Source: an uncultured Nitrospiraceae bacterium (GTDB taxonomy: Bacteria; Nitrospirota; Nitrospiria; Nitrospirales; Nitrospiraceae). Taken from it: a stretch of DNA of 64,000 bases. Shown here one piece after another: positions 1 through 11,459 of this stretch. How positions within the stretch are numbered: position 1 is the stretch's first letter; each line of letters starts with the position of its first letter. A program made the position numbers and the translations under genes. Under the pieces are notes generated by a model that saw only the letters and a list, made by a program, of their open reading frames with translations, was not told the DNA's origin and did no database searches. The DNA lies in assembly GCA_963846575.1 (NCBI GenBank), contig CAWJWJ010000001.1, positions 288,001 through 352,000 of the forward strand, written 5' to 3'.

Positions 1-126
1 CATGCCGAGCGCCAGCGCGAGCCCCGTTCCCAGCGGCGGAAGACCGGCAAAGGCCCCGATTCCGATCAAGAGTCCACCGACCACGATACGGATCGACCGT
101 TCCGTCCGGCCTACATTGCATGTCAT
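1..126 (-). CDS. DUF2892/YgaP-like small membrane protein, 5' part (runs off window)
   Basis: Manual translation MTCNVGRTERSIRIVVGGLLIGIGAFAGLPP...; the NVGxxER.IR start followed by a TM helix is typical of DUF2892. Confidence 0.75.
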   Translation of the reverse strand, partial: MTCNVGRTERSIRIVVGGLLIGIGAFAGLPPLGTGLALALGM

Positions 127-235
127 AGGACGCTCCTTCTGATTTCGCTCGACCGCCGCCCGAGCCGTCTTGCCTGCGCAGGCGGTCTGCACGGAGACTC
201 CGCGGTTGGAGAACGATTCGCGGTCCCGCCCGGAC

Positions 236-706
236 TCACTCGTGTGTGGAGAACCGGTACATGTCGTGACACGTGGTGCAGCGCGCGGTCATGCTCGACA
301 AGCGGTTCAAAATTTGAACGGACGATTCTCCCTGCGCAATGCCGTCCGCCAGGTGATCCATGTCTCTGTGAATCGACATGCCCATCTGCTTAAACGCAAG
401 GGGCAGCTTCACCATGATGACCGGATTCACATCCGCCGCCATTTCCATTCCAGCCGCGCGAGCCGCGCTTTCCGCCGGTTTGAAATTCTGATCCGGACTG
501 CCCAGGACCGTCACGACACCATGTACCGCCTTGAGCAAATGCCGCATCTCATCCAACACCGCCTCCCGTTCCGTCGGAGCCAGCGCGATTTCCGTCCTCC
601 TGTCTGTTCCCGGTCTGGTCTGCCCCAGAATAAACAAGGCGACCATGATCCCGAGCGTGATCACCCAGAGAACCAGAGACCCCAACCCGAACAGGCGCCA
701 ATTCAT
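236..706 (-). CDS. membrane-anchored monohaem c-type cytochrome (cytochrome c'-like)
   Basis: N-terminal TM helix, helical body, C-terminal CxxCH (CTTCH) followed by YR. Confidence 0.8.
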   Translation of the reverse strand: MNWRLFGLGSLVLWVITLGIMVALFILGQTRPGTDRRTEIALAPTEREAVLDEMRHLLKAVHGVVTVLGSPDQNFKPAESAARAAGMEMAADVNPVIMVKLPLAFKQMGMSIHRDMDHLADGIAQGESSVQILNRLSSMTARCTTCHDMYRFSTHE

Positions 707-929
707 CGTACGATTCGCTCCCGTCGCTGAGGGAGAGGGGAGGCGCGACCCGCTGTCGAGCGGTCCGCAGGTATCCCGTCACATCGCGGTTCTCTTCATC
801 TGAGAGAAGAAGTTTCCACGTACCCCTCCCCCCTCCCACTAACTCCATCCCTCGATCCAACCTGCCGTGAGGCGAGAGAACCGCCCCGTGCAGTCCTCCC
901 GCCCCCCACGACCGGATCGTCCTCCACCG

Positions 930-1872
930 TCAGGTGGATTTCCGGATATCGATGATCTTGCCTTCTTCGTTCAATTCCACCGTGATGCCCATTTCCCTCT
1001 TCAATGACCGACAGCTTGCTGCGTCCGGTCTGGACGTCGAACGTCTTTTCACCTTCAGGCGTCCACAGCTTGATCGCTTTCTTGTCCGAAGCGGCATAGG
1101 CGAGTTTCCCGCTGATGTACCGGTGCCGATGCTGTGTGTCGCCCTTGCGGTGGTGATCGACCACGACATTGTTTTCATTCACCCAGAGCGACAGCTCATC
1201 ACCGACTTTGATGTCGGCGGGAGCGGTCTTGGCATTGAGCCCATAATTCGCGCCGGGCGTCTCGACCGTGACCATGCCTGATCCGATCTTGGAGACCTTG
1301 CCGGCCAGTTGAATGTGGTAGCCCGGCTTGGTTTTCGGATTCGCCTCGATCGTCACATCGACCTGCGCCTTGTGGATGTCGATGACCTTGCCGGCCTCGT
1401 TCAATTCCACCGTGATCGGCGCCCCCTCGTCGATCCCGCTGAGTTGAGACCGCCCTTTCTCCACCGCAAAGGTCTTGTCCCCGTCAGGCGTCCAGAGGGT
1501 GATTTCCGTCTTGTCATTGGACGCATATTTCAATTTGCCGACGAGGTGACGATGGTGGTGGGCGGGCTCACCCGTCCGGTGCACGTCAATCACCACATTG
1601 TTTTCACTCACCGTCATCTCGATTTCTTCGCCGACCTTGATGTTCTTCGGAGCGGTCTCACTGGTGAATGTGATCTGGCCCCAGGTGGTCTTGGCGAACA
1701 CGACGCCCGATTTCATCGCCGAGACGACTCCGCTCACCTTCATGTGGGTACCGGCTCCAGAATGCACCCCCTCGTCGGCTAATACCGGTACAGCCAAACA
1801 GAACATGAGCCCCAACAGACCTACGGCCTGACCGACAGGACGAAGCCCCCTCCGCAATGCCCGCATAGTCAC
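930..1872 (-). CDS. exported His-rich protein with two ~125-aa internal repeats (OB-fold-like); apparent +1 frameshift at ~992-994
   Basis: Signal peptide (AVPVLA); repeats share NNVVxDxH, HxHR, LWTPxGxKTF and ITVELNExGKxIDI; the C-terminus of repeat 2 lies in the 930..1178 frame. Confidence 0.75.
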
Positions 1873-1965
1873 TCGTCCTCGTTAAATATCTCCGCGCGCC
1901 CGGCAATCCCGGGAAGACGTCTGCGCCTGCCCGCTATCCCGGGGGTCCACTTGCCTGGGTCAGAA

Positions 1966-1981
1966 TGCGAGCGCCGTGCCA
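1966..1981 (-). promoter_or_regulatory. sigma-54 -24/-12 promoter
   Basis: Minus strand TGGCACGGCGCTCGCA (GG-N10-GC), ~95 bp upstream of the 1872 start. Confidence 0.75.
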
Positions 1982-2068
1982 GTGAGGCGGCACCCCCGTG
2001 AAACGAAGGCCTGAGGCATGACCAGGCGCGCCGGATGAAGAGCCGGAGGCTGGGCAGAACGAGTCCAA

Positions 2069-2117
2069 TGAAGAGAATTACCCCAAGGGGTGAACCGCAC
2101 TGGGGCAACATGCCACA
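2069..2117. promoter_or_regulatory. paired palindromic activator-binding sites (putative UAS)
   Basis: TGAAGAGAATTACCCCA (2069-2085) and TGGGGCAACATGCCACA (2101-2117), starts 32 bp apart. Confidence 0.6.
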
Positions 2118-2133
2118 GTGACCGGTGTCTCCG

Positions 2134-2569
2134 TCAGGCGATAACCGGTTCAAGACTGATGCGGGTTTTCATGCTATTGGAGATCAAACAGTGAGCCTCG
2201 GCTTTTTCGATCAGTTCCTTCGCCTTGGCCGTGTCCTGGCCAGGAGGAAGCGTGATGTGGGGCCGTAAGGTGATCGTCGTCATTTGAAATTTTCCGTCCA
2301 CGAGTTCGAGGCGTCCTTCCGCCTCGCAGCGATAGGCAGTGAACGTCACGCCCGCCCGTTCCGCCAGCGCCAGGAACGTCGTCATGACGCAGGTATTGGC
2401 GGCCGCGATGTACAAATCCTCGGGCGACCAGATCCCCTCATGCCCTTTGAACTCGGGCGGCGTCGCAACCTGAACCTCCGGCTTGCCGTCCGATCGTGAT
2501 GATCCCTTTCTTTTGTTCCGTCCACTTCACCGCGTTTCGATAGGTAAAACTTTTGCCGCGAACCTCCAT
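2134..2569 (-). CDS. OsmC/Ohr family protein; apparent +1 frameshift at ~2494
   Basis: MEVRGKSFTYRNAVKW...PPEFKGHEGIWSPEDL..AAANTC...AEAHCLISNS; span 436 nt = 3n+1. Confidence 0.85.
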
Positions 2570-2614
2570 TGCTCCCTCCCGACGCTCATGGTGGCGTCTC
2601 TGCGGACTGTCAGG

Positions 2615-4258
<1,644 letters not shown>

Positions 4259-4312
4259 CCTTCCGATCCGGAATTGTTGTTCGTCACCGCACCCCTTCGA
4301 GACGGCTCGTGC

Positions 4313-5278
4313 TCATGCGAGCGGTCGCTCCGCCATCGCCTGCGGCATGACACGGATGTGATCCAGTGCGAGTTGAAGCGTCTTGACGGTCAAGACGGGA
4401 CAGGTCGCTTGGCGTATCACGGCTTCCGCGACGCTTCCGAAGCGACTGTCCGAGAGGCCGCGACGCCCATGGGTGCCCATCACCACCAGATCGAACTGAT
4501 GCCGCAACGCGCAGGCGAGGATTGCATCGGACGGCATGCCGCCTGAAATCTCGAACGTGGCCTCCAGTTCCTGCGCGGCAGCGAACTGCGTGAGTTCCGT
4601 CAACTGCCTGGTCCAATGGTCTCGTTTGCCGACTTCCTCCTCGATCAGGCCAAGGCCGCAATCCAGGTCGTAACAGACCGGCTCCAGCACATGCATCAAC
4701 GTCACCGCGGCACCAAGGCCCTTGGCCAGTTGGATGGCATATTCCGCCGCATCCAGAGAGGGACCGGAAAAATCCACCGGGACCAGAATATGCCTGATGG
4801 GCACCTGGCGGCTCGCGGTCAAGGGCTTGCCTGCTTCCTCTCGCAGTCCCGGCACGGCAAGGACCGGGCAGGGTCCCTCCCTCATGACCCGCTCCACGGT
4901 ACTGCCGATCAGCCCGTACATGAGGTTCGTCTGCCCTTGAACACCCATGACCACCAGGCTCGCCCCGTTGGTTTTCGCAGCAAGGCAGATCTGCTCGTGC
5001 GGCTTCCCCAGCACCTGCCGCACCCTCACCGACAGGTTCCGCTCCATCATCTGATCCCGCACCGCCTCCAATCGCCGGGCCGCATCGGCTTTCGCCTGTC
5101 CGATCAGCGCGATGGTCTCGACATCGGCACCCAACCAGGGAGGCGCTTCGAGCACGTGCAACACGTCTAACGAGGCATCCCACGCCGCCGTCAGGCAGAT
5201 GGCAAACTCCTGCGCATGCGAGGCATCATCGGAAAAGTCGGTAGCGAAGAGAATTCGCGTCATCAGTGGCGTCGTCAT
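4313..5278 (-). CDS. universal stress protein (tandem USP domains)
   Basis: Two USP repeats: ILFATDFS / ILVPVDFS, VVMGTHGRRG...FGSVAEAVIR..CPVLTV. Confidence 0.92.
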   Translation of the reverse strand: MTTPLMTRILFATDFSDDASHAQEFAICLTAAWDASLDVLHVLEAPPWLGADVETIALIGQAKADAARRLEAVRDQMMERNLSVRVRQVLGKPHEQICLAAKTNGASLVVMGVQGQTNLMYGLIGSTVERVMREGPCPVLAVPGLREEAGKPLTASRQVPIRHILVPVDFSGPSLDAAEYAIQLAKGLGAAVTLMHVLEPVCYDLDCGLGLIEEEVGKRDHWTRQLTELTQFAAAQELEATFEISGGMPSDAILACALRHQFDLVVMGTHGRRGLSDSRFGSVAEAVIRQATCPVLTVKTLQLALDHIRVMPQAMAERPLA

Positions 5279-5546
5279 AGAGCCTCCTTAGACGAAGATG
5301 CGCCACCCCCCATGATACGGCCGCCCCTGTTCCGGTACGAGCCGTGACGTCGGGATCAGCGCCGAAGATGGTCTTGCAAGGCGCACGGCGCCGGGAAATG
5401 ACGGTCGCGCCGGGGCACCGCGTGAAACGAAACGAACAGCGCTTCCTGGCAGATGGCGATCTCATCCTGCATCATACCAATGAATGTCCTTCAATCCTCA
5501 TCGAACATGCGCACTCTTTCAGTTGCCACCCGCCCCAGGGCGAAGG

Positions 5547-6023
5547 CTAGGAAAACCTCTCCCCGACCCACTCCCCCAGGTAATGCGTGCTCGCCACGAC
5601 ACAGAGCCCGATGACGACATGTTCGCCGATGACTTTCCAGGGAGGAACCTCTTGCGCGCGCGCCAGCAGGTAGCTCAGTCCCGCCAACAGCGAAAACCCC
5701 CAGACCAGACTGGCCACGATGGCCAGGTCCAGCGGCAGGAACAGCACCGGAATCGTGAAGGTCCCGGCGATCACGAATTTGGCCGCAAACGTCGCGACGG
5801 TCGACTCCCAAATCTCGTCGGTATGTCCATGATTCTTGGATTCTTCCGCGATGTGAATTCCCAAGGCATCGGACATGGCATCGGCCACCGCAATCGTAAG
5901 AATTCCTCCCAGCACGGCCGGCATCGAACGGGTGCCGGCATGCAGCCCCACCATGAGTCCCAGCGTCGTGATCACGCCGGACGTGAGACCGAAACTGAAA
6001 CCCGTCTTGAACGACTGGCGCAT
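5547..6023 (-). CDS. VIT1/CCC1-family membrane protein
   Basis: FGLTSGVITTLGL...IAVADAMSDALGIHIAEES, five TM segments. Confidence 0.8.
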   Translation of the reverse strand: MRQSFKTGFSFGLTSGVITTLGLMVGLHAGTRSMPAVLGGILTIAVADAMSDALGIHIAEESKNHGHTDEIWESTVATFAAKFVIAGTFTIPVLFLPLDLAIVASLVWGFSLLAGLSYLLARAQEVPPWKVIGEHVVIGLCVVASTHYLGEWVGERFS

Positions 6024-6077
6024 AGGTCCTGACCTGTTTTTCGAGAGACCCCCCTCAAGCAGGGCCGGTCGCAACCG

Positions 6078-6725
6078 TCAGCAGTCCCTCTTCCCTGTTC
6101 CCTTCAGGCAGGCGGTCATCCAACCCTCCATCGCGTGAAGCAGCTGGGCCACGGCGCGATTGGCCGCGAGGACACCTCCGTAGGCATCCTCGCTCGGAGC
6201 CGGTTCGAGCGCGTCAAAATTCCGTGCGCCCAGCAGGCGCTGCGCGTTCAGGTCGATCAGCTGCGCGCGCAGCACAATGCGGGTCCGGCTCGGTTGCTGG
6301 AGGAACTCCTGTTGCACCACCAGACCGGAGGTCTCCAGGCGGTAATCTCCCCGGACCGTCGTCGGGATGGGCACCACCGCGCGCCAGAGTCCCGTGGATT
6401 CGAGGGAACGGATCAGCAGGGGAACCAACATGCGGGCCGGCGCATCGGCCCATTGGTTCGTCGCGTAAAAGTTCACTTCGTAGGGCCTCTGCACGTATGC
6501 GATTCGCGGCTGGTCGAACCCGGCTTCCGCCTGCGGCAGCCCGACGATCAGGATGCCATGGACTCCCGGCGGCATGGCCTGCGGTCGGCTGTCCCAGGCC
6601 GATTCCGCCGGCGCCAGCACATAGGTATGGGCCGGCCCCTCCGTTGAACGGGAGAGTGCGCAGGCTGCGGCGGCGGAACAGAAGAGGGCCACGCCGACGG
6701 ATTTCATGATGCCCCGGATCACCAC
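6078..6725 (-). CDS. ABC transport auxiliary lipoprotein (PqiC-like)
   Basis: Lipobox-like AAAC, YATNQWADAPARM motif, position after mlaD. Confidence 0.85.
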   Translation of the reverse strand: MVIRGIMKSVGVALFCSAAAACALSRSTEGPAHTYVLAPAESAWDSRPQAMPPGVHGILIVGLPQAEAGFDQPRIAYVQRPYEVNFYATNQWADAPARMLVPLLIRSLESTGLWRAVVPIPTTVRGDYRLETSGLVVQQEFLQQPSRTRIVLRAQLIDLNAQRLLGARNFDALEPAPSEDAYGGVLAANRAVAQLLHAMEGWMTACLKGTGKRDC

Positions 6726-6734
6726 AGCCGGTCC

Positions 6735-7697
6735 CTATTCCCCCGGACCCTTCGGTTGAGCGGAACGGCCCAGGACCAACACATTCGGTTGTCGTTCGAT
6801 TTGCTGCGCCACATGATTCAAAGTCGCGGTGAGTTGCCGCAATTCGCCAATGAGCAACCCCATTTCCGCCAGCGTCTGATGGGAGAAGCGCTCGAGGTCA
6901 GGCTTGCTGGCTCCGACGACCTCCCCGACCGACCGGCCCGTACGCGCCAACTCCGCGCTCATCTGCTCCAGTCCCGCCGCACTTTTTGTGACGCGCTCCA
7001 GCAACAACGGAAGCTGTGTATCGAGCTGCCCGGTCAGCCGCGCCGATTGCTCGGCCGCCTGCGCCGCGCTCCGCACCCCCCGATCGACCTGCCCGCTGCT
7101 GGCCGCCAGCGCCCTGCTCACCTCCGACAGGTCCTTGACCATTTGCTTGAGCATCATGCGGGTTTCTTCGTCCAGGACCGAGGAGGCATTCCGGGCGAGG
7201 CCGTTAAAATTCACGACCAGGCTTGCCAGCCCCTCTTCCGAGAAGACCTGTGACAGGACTTTATCCAGCCGTCCGAACAGCGACGGCGCGCTCTTGATCG
7301 CCGGGTAGGGAGGGTCGGCGCTGGGCTGCAACAGGGGGGCGTCCCGGCTGCCGCCCGTCAGATTGAGCGTCACCAGTCCCGTGAGTCCTTGCGTCACGAG
7401 CATGGCCTCCGTATCCGTCTTCACCGGGGTTCCCCGCACGAGGGCCACCCGCACGCGCACCTGCTCCGGGTTGTCCGGGTTCAGCACGACCTCCTTGACC
7501 CGGCCGACCTCCACACCGCGATACTTGACGGTCGAATCGACGCTCAACCCGGCGACGGATTCCTGGGTGTAGACCCAGTAGCGATCATACTCCCCACGAT
7601 ACTCCGATTTGCCGAGCCAGAGGATGACGCCCAGGACCGTCATCCCCAGCAATACGAGGAACGCCCCGACCATGACAAAGTTGACCTTCGGTTCCAT
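6735..7697 (-). CDS. mlaD: MCE/MlaD family protein
   Basis: N-terminal TM, SVAGLSVDSTVKYRGVEVGRV MCE motif, helical tail. Confidence 0.88.
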   Translation of the reverse strand: MEPKVNFVMVGAFLVLLGMTVLGVILWLGKSEYRGEYDRYWVYTQESVAGLSVDSTVKYRGVEVGRVKEVVLNPDNPEQVRVRVALVRGTPVKTDTEAMLVTQGLTGLVTLNLTGGSRDAPLLQPSADPPYPAIKSAPSLFGRLDKVLSQVFSEEGLASLVVNFNGLARNASSVLDEETRMMLKQMVKDLSEVSRALAASSGQVDRGVRSAAQAAEQSARLTGQLDTQLPLLLERVTKSAAGLEQMSAELARTGRSVGEVVGASKPDLERFSHQTLAEMGLLIGELRQLTATLNHVAQQIERQPNVLVLGRSAQPKGPGE

Positions 7698-7707
7698 GGG
7701 TCCCCTC

Positions 7708-8538
7708 TCACTCCTGGTGCATCACCGTTCCGGCATATTGCAATCGTGCCGCACGCCCGCGCGGTCCGTTGAAATATTCATGCACGACGGGGTCCTCACA
7801 ATGCGCGAGTTCTTCCATCGTCCCTAGTCCCAGCACCTTCCCGCTGCCCAACACGACCACCCGATCGGCCAGCCGCCAGAGGGTATCCAGATCGTGCGTC
7901 ACCATCACCACCGTAAACCCCAGCAGCCGTTTCAGATGCACCAGGAGCTGATCGAAGCCGTCCGCGATGATCGGATCCAGCCCCGCCGTCGGTTCGTCGA
8001 GGAACAGCAGTTCCGGATCCATGACGATGGCGCGTGCGAGCGCCGCACGCCGCCTCATCCCGCCGCTGAGTTCGCCCGGATATTTGTCGGCGCTGTCCTT
8101 CGGCAACCCGACCAGGGCGATCTTCAACGCCACGATGTCCTGAATCGTGTCCTGGCTCAGGAACGTGTGCTCGCGCAGGGGCACCGCCACATTTTCCGCC
8201 AGTGTCATGGAGCTGAACAGTGCGCCGCCCTGGAACATGACCCCGAATCGGCGATGTAACGGCTGCCCCTCCGGGGCTTCGAGTTCTCGACTGTCCCGGC
8301 CGAACAGACGAATGACCCCTGAGGTCGGGGTGAGCAGGCCGACGATCTCGCGCAGCAAGGTAGACTTCCCCGAGCCGTTGCCGCCGGCGATGGCGAAAAT
8401 CTCCCCGCGCACGACCATGAGGCTCACGTCTTCATGCACGACCGTCCGGCCGAACCGCGTCGAGACGTGGCTGACCTCGATGAGGGGACGTTCGGCAAGA
8501 TCTCCCTGCGTCACCGTCACTGGCGGCTCCTGCGTCAT
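7708..8538 (-). CDS. mlaF: MlaF-type ABC ATPase
   Basis: GGNGSGKST, LSGGM, LLFLDEPT, VTHD. Confidence 0.9.
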   Translation of the reverse strand: MTQEPPVTVTQGDLAERPLIEVSHVSTRFGRTVVHEDVSLMVVRGEIFAIAGGNGSGKSTLLREIVGLLTPTSGVIRLFGRDSRELEAPEGQPLHRRFGVMFQGGALFSSMTLAENVAVPLREHTFLSQDTIQDIVALKIALVGLPKDSADKYPGELSGGMRRRAALARAIVMDPELLFLDEPTAGLDPIIADGFDQLLVHLKRLLGFTVVMVTHDLDTLWRLADRVVVLGSGKVLGLGTMEELAHCEDPVVHEYFNGPRGRAARLQYAGTVMHQE

Positions 8539-8626
8539 AGGACAGCCTGTGGTGGACTGGATGCGCCGCGGGCCGCCGCGGAAGGAGCACCATGCGCACA
8601 GAGGTGGAAATCCATGTCACCTCCCG

Positions 8627-9748
8627 CTAGAGGTCGTACCAATTCAAGAGAATGCTGCAGACCGCATCGAAGACGATGACGAGAAAGATGCTCTGCACCA
8701 CACTGATCGTCGTATGCCGCCCCACGTCGTCCACGCCGCCGTCGATTTGCAGGCCTTGATAACAGCCGACCAGCGCAATGATGGCGCCGAAGAAAGGTGC
8801 CTTGCCGATTCCGATCAGGAAATGACGCAGCGCAATCGCCTCTTCGAAACGCGAGAGAAAGGCGCCGGCACTCACGTCCAACTGGTTCGACGCAATCAAC
8901 ATGCCCCCGAAGACCCCGAGGGCATCGGCATAGACGGTGAGGAGGGGTACCGCCACGATCAAGGCCAACACCCTTGGGAGCACCAGCAATTCGACCGGCG
9001 ACAGCCCGAATGTCTTGACCGCATCCAGTTCCTCCGTCACCTTCATCGTGCCGATTTGTGCGGCATAGGCCGACCCCGATCGACCGGCGATCAGAATCGC
9101 GACGATCAGGGGAGCGATTTCGCGCAGGAGCGAGATCCCCACCAGGTCGACGATGAAAATGTTCGTGCCGAACTTGCGGAGTTGTTCGGCTCCCTGATAG
9201 GCGATCACCACCCCGATGAGAAATGTGAGCAGTCCCGTAATCGGCAAGGCATTGACCCCGTCGATCCGCAGGCTCTCCAGACTGGTGCGCCAGCGAATCC
9301 GGGTGGGCGTCACGAAGAATCGCAGGCTCGCGGCGGCGCTTTCTCCCACAAACGCCAACGCCCGGATCAGGTCGGCGTATCGGCTGCGGACATTGGTTTC
9401 GAGACCCGGTCCCCGATGTGGACGGAGTGGAACGTCTGTGGTGATGGCGCTCCTGTGGGATGCCACCAGACTCAAGAGCTGCGCATAGTCAGACCGTAAG
9501 CCTTGAATCGTCACCTCGCAACCCCGCCGCTGCGCTTCCGTCAGGATACGCTGCAGGACGACGGCGCCCCCGGTATCGAATGCGTGAATGTCACTGGTGT
9601 CGAGCACCAGCGCCCCGCGCGGCGGCCAGACGGTTTCCCTGAGGGCCTGTTCGACCGGCGCGATTTCCGGCATGGTCCAGGATCCCTGGCAGCGCAGCAG
9701 CCGGTCTTTTACCAAGGTCACCGAAGCCCGCTGTTCCTGGTCATCCAT
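8627..9748 (-). CDS. mlaE: MlaE permease with N-terminal STAS domain
   Basis: LLREIAP..AILIAGRSGSAYAAQIGTMKVTEELDA; STAS-like DTGGA; true start ATG 9748 (the ORF-track extension overlaps the upstream gene). Confidence 0.9.
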   Translation of the reverse strand: MDDQEQRASVTLVKDRLLRCQGSWTMPEIAPVEQALRETVWPPRGALVLDTSDIHAFDTGGAVVLQRILTEAQRRGCEVTIQGLRSDYAQLLSLVASHRSAITTDVPLRPHRGPGLETNVRSRYADLIRALAFVGESAAASLRFFVTPTRIRWRTSLESLRIDGVNALPITGLLTFLIGVVIAYQGAEQLRKFGTNIFIVDLVGISLLREIAPLIVAILIAGRSGSAYAAQIGTMKVTEELDAVKTFGLSPVELLVLPRVLALIVAVPLLTVYADALGVFGGMLIASNQLDVSAGAFLSRFEEAIALRHFLIGIGKAPFFGAIIALVGCYQGLQIDGGVDDVGRHTTISVVQSIFLVIVFDAVCSILLNWYDL

Positions 9749-9822
9749 GAGTCGACAGGCGAGGCCTGCTCCGCGCCGTTCGTCAGGGCAGGCATAGCCC
9801 GGCCCCGACAGCCCTTTCGACA

Positions 9823-10980
9823 CTACACCTGCTGTTGTGCCCGCAATGTCGTCACGAGGTCCTTCTTGGCCATCAGCAGCGCGCCCAACCCGAAGAGAAT
9901 CGTCAGCAGGGTCACCAGCCCTCCGACCACCGGAATGAGCGAAAGAATCGAATAGAGGACCAGCCCCGTCACAAACGGCCAGGTGAGCGCCGAAGGGTCG
10001 GACTGCCGACGGAACAGGAACTGTCCCACGCAGGTCATGGCATAGACCCGAGCCAGATACACGATCGGCAGGTACAGAGCGAGCAGGATGAGGCCGACCG
10101 GCATGGCAAAGAGCGTGACGAGAAAGCTGAGGGCCACGATGGGCGTGAGCACGAGCGCGACCGTGCCCCACCCGAGCGAGGCCCCCGGGCGTTCGCGTAT
10201 CGCTGCCGTGACTCTGAGGGTGAACAGCGGATAGAGCCGCAGCAGCAGCAATCCGAAAATCAACGTGGAGAGAAAACTCGCCACTGCGACCATGATGCGC
10301 ATGCCGAAGATTCCGCGACGGGCGTTCTCCAGCGACCATCCCTCCGGCAGCGGGCGGCGCAGGACCGCTCCACGCACCGTGGCCTCCTCATCGATCGACG
10401 GGGCCGTCTCGCTCCAGTATCTGAGCTTGCCCCCCACGATCGCCTTCGCGGTGAGACGCACGGACTCAGCCGCCACCGCCAGATCGCGCTCGATCTCGCT
10501 CGACAACGTCACGCGTGCGGCCCCGATCCTCGCGTCCCGGCCGATATGCCCCGCGAGTTGGACGTTGCCGGCGGCAACGAGCAGGTTTTCCTGCACCTTC
10601 GCGGTCTGCGTCATCTGGACATCCGCGCCGGCGATGGTGGCATTCCTGCCGATGGTTCCGGTGATGGTCACCTGCCCTCCGGCGATCCTGGCATCTTGAG
10701 ACACGGTGCCGGACAGCATCACTTTGCCCCCCGCCACCATCACATCCCCGTTGACCACCCCATCCACCAGCACCTCTCCGCCTGCCACATAGACATCGCC
10801 ATTGACGATCCCTGAAATCTCCACATGCGGCCCGGCGGCGAAGTAATCACCCTGGACGATCTGCCCGGGTCGTAGAACCGCCCGGTCGCTCAGTGGCGTC
10901 GTGGGATCAGATGTTCCGGCGAAGGCGATGGAGGAGAACGCGAGCCAACCCATGGATATGAAGAGTCTGACTGAAGTCAC
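9823..10980 (-). CDS. bactofilin-like (polymer-forming) beta-helix repeat protein with C-terminal TM domain
   Basis: Signal peptide, repeated (V/I)xGxVxGD..VAGG units, ~5 TM helices. Confidence 0.8.
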   Translation of the reverse strand: MTSVRLFISMGWLAFSSIAFAGTSDPTTPLSDRAVLRPGQIVQGDYFAAGPHVEISGIVNGDVYVAGGEVLVDGVVNGDVMVAGGKVMLSGTVSQDARIAGGQVTITGTIGRNATIAGADVQMTQTAKVQENLLVAAGNVQLAGHIGRDARIGAARVTLSSEIERDLAVAAESVRLTAKAIVGGKLRYWSETAPSIDEEATVRGAVLRRPLPEGWSLENARRGIFGMRIMVAVASFLSTLIFGLLLLRLYPLFTLRVTAAIRERPGASLGWGTVALVLTPIVALSFLVTLFAMPVGLILLALYLPIVYLARVYAMTCVGQFLFRRQSDPSALTWPFVTGLVLYSILSLIPVVGGLVTLLTILFGLGALLMAKKDLVTTLRAQQQV

Positions 10981-11225
10981 GATCTCTGCCTCCCTTCGCT
11001 GTCGGTGGTTGGTTCACTGGACGGCGCATGGCTTCTCACCGCCGATAAGCATAATTACCGCATGCAGGTGCTCATCCGGCCGCGTGGCTCCCGACAGGGA
11101 GCAGGCCAGGTTATGGGAATTGTAGGCCATATCCATTTCTATTCCCAGACCATACCCATGCAGGCCATCGCCCGTTGCGGATGCCGCACCGGTCCTGAGG
11201 CGGACCAGTCCGCCACGCAGGGGAG

Positions 11226-11241
11226 TGCAAGGATGGAGCCC
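11226..11241 (-). promoter_or_regulatory. sigma-54 -24/-12 promoter
   Basis: Minus strand GGGCTCCATCCTTGCA. Confidence 0.6.
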
Positions 11242-11359
11242 CCTTCGTCGCCGGCAGCAGAGAGGCATAAATGCCGGAACAGGACACAAGAATCGATCGG
11301 CAGGCGATGGGTGCGTCATGACGGGAGAGGAGGACTGCTACAGCGGGAGCGAGCGGTTC

Positions 11360-11376
11360 TGTGGCAGAATGCGACA
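11360..11376. promoter_or_regulatory. palindromic activator-binding site (putative UAS)
   Basis: TGTGGCAGAATGCGACA, 119 bp upstream of the -24 element. Confidence 0.6.
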
Positions 11377-11459
11377 GGCACGTTCAACTACGCAAACCTG
11401 AATTGACAGAAAAATCAGGATCGTTCCAGCGACGGTCGTCCCGCCCATATGCCTCGTGC

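Noticed and set aside
796..929. C-terminal tail of the 358-aa ORF
   Set aside because: Product of the frameshift; repeat homology ends at the 930 stop
9749..10339. N-terminal extension of the 570-aa MlaE ORF
   Set aside because: Overlaps the bactofilin gene in another frame and reads like non-coding GC-rich sequence
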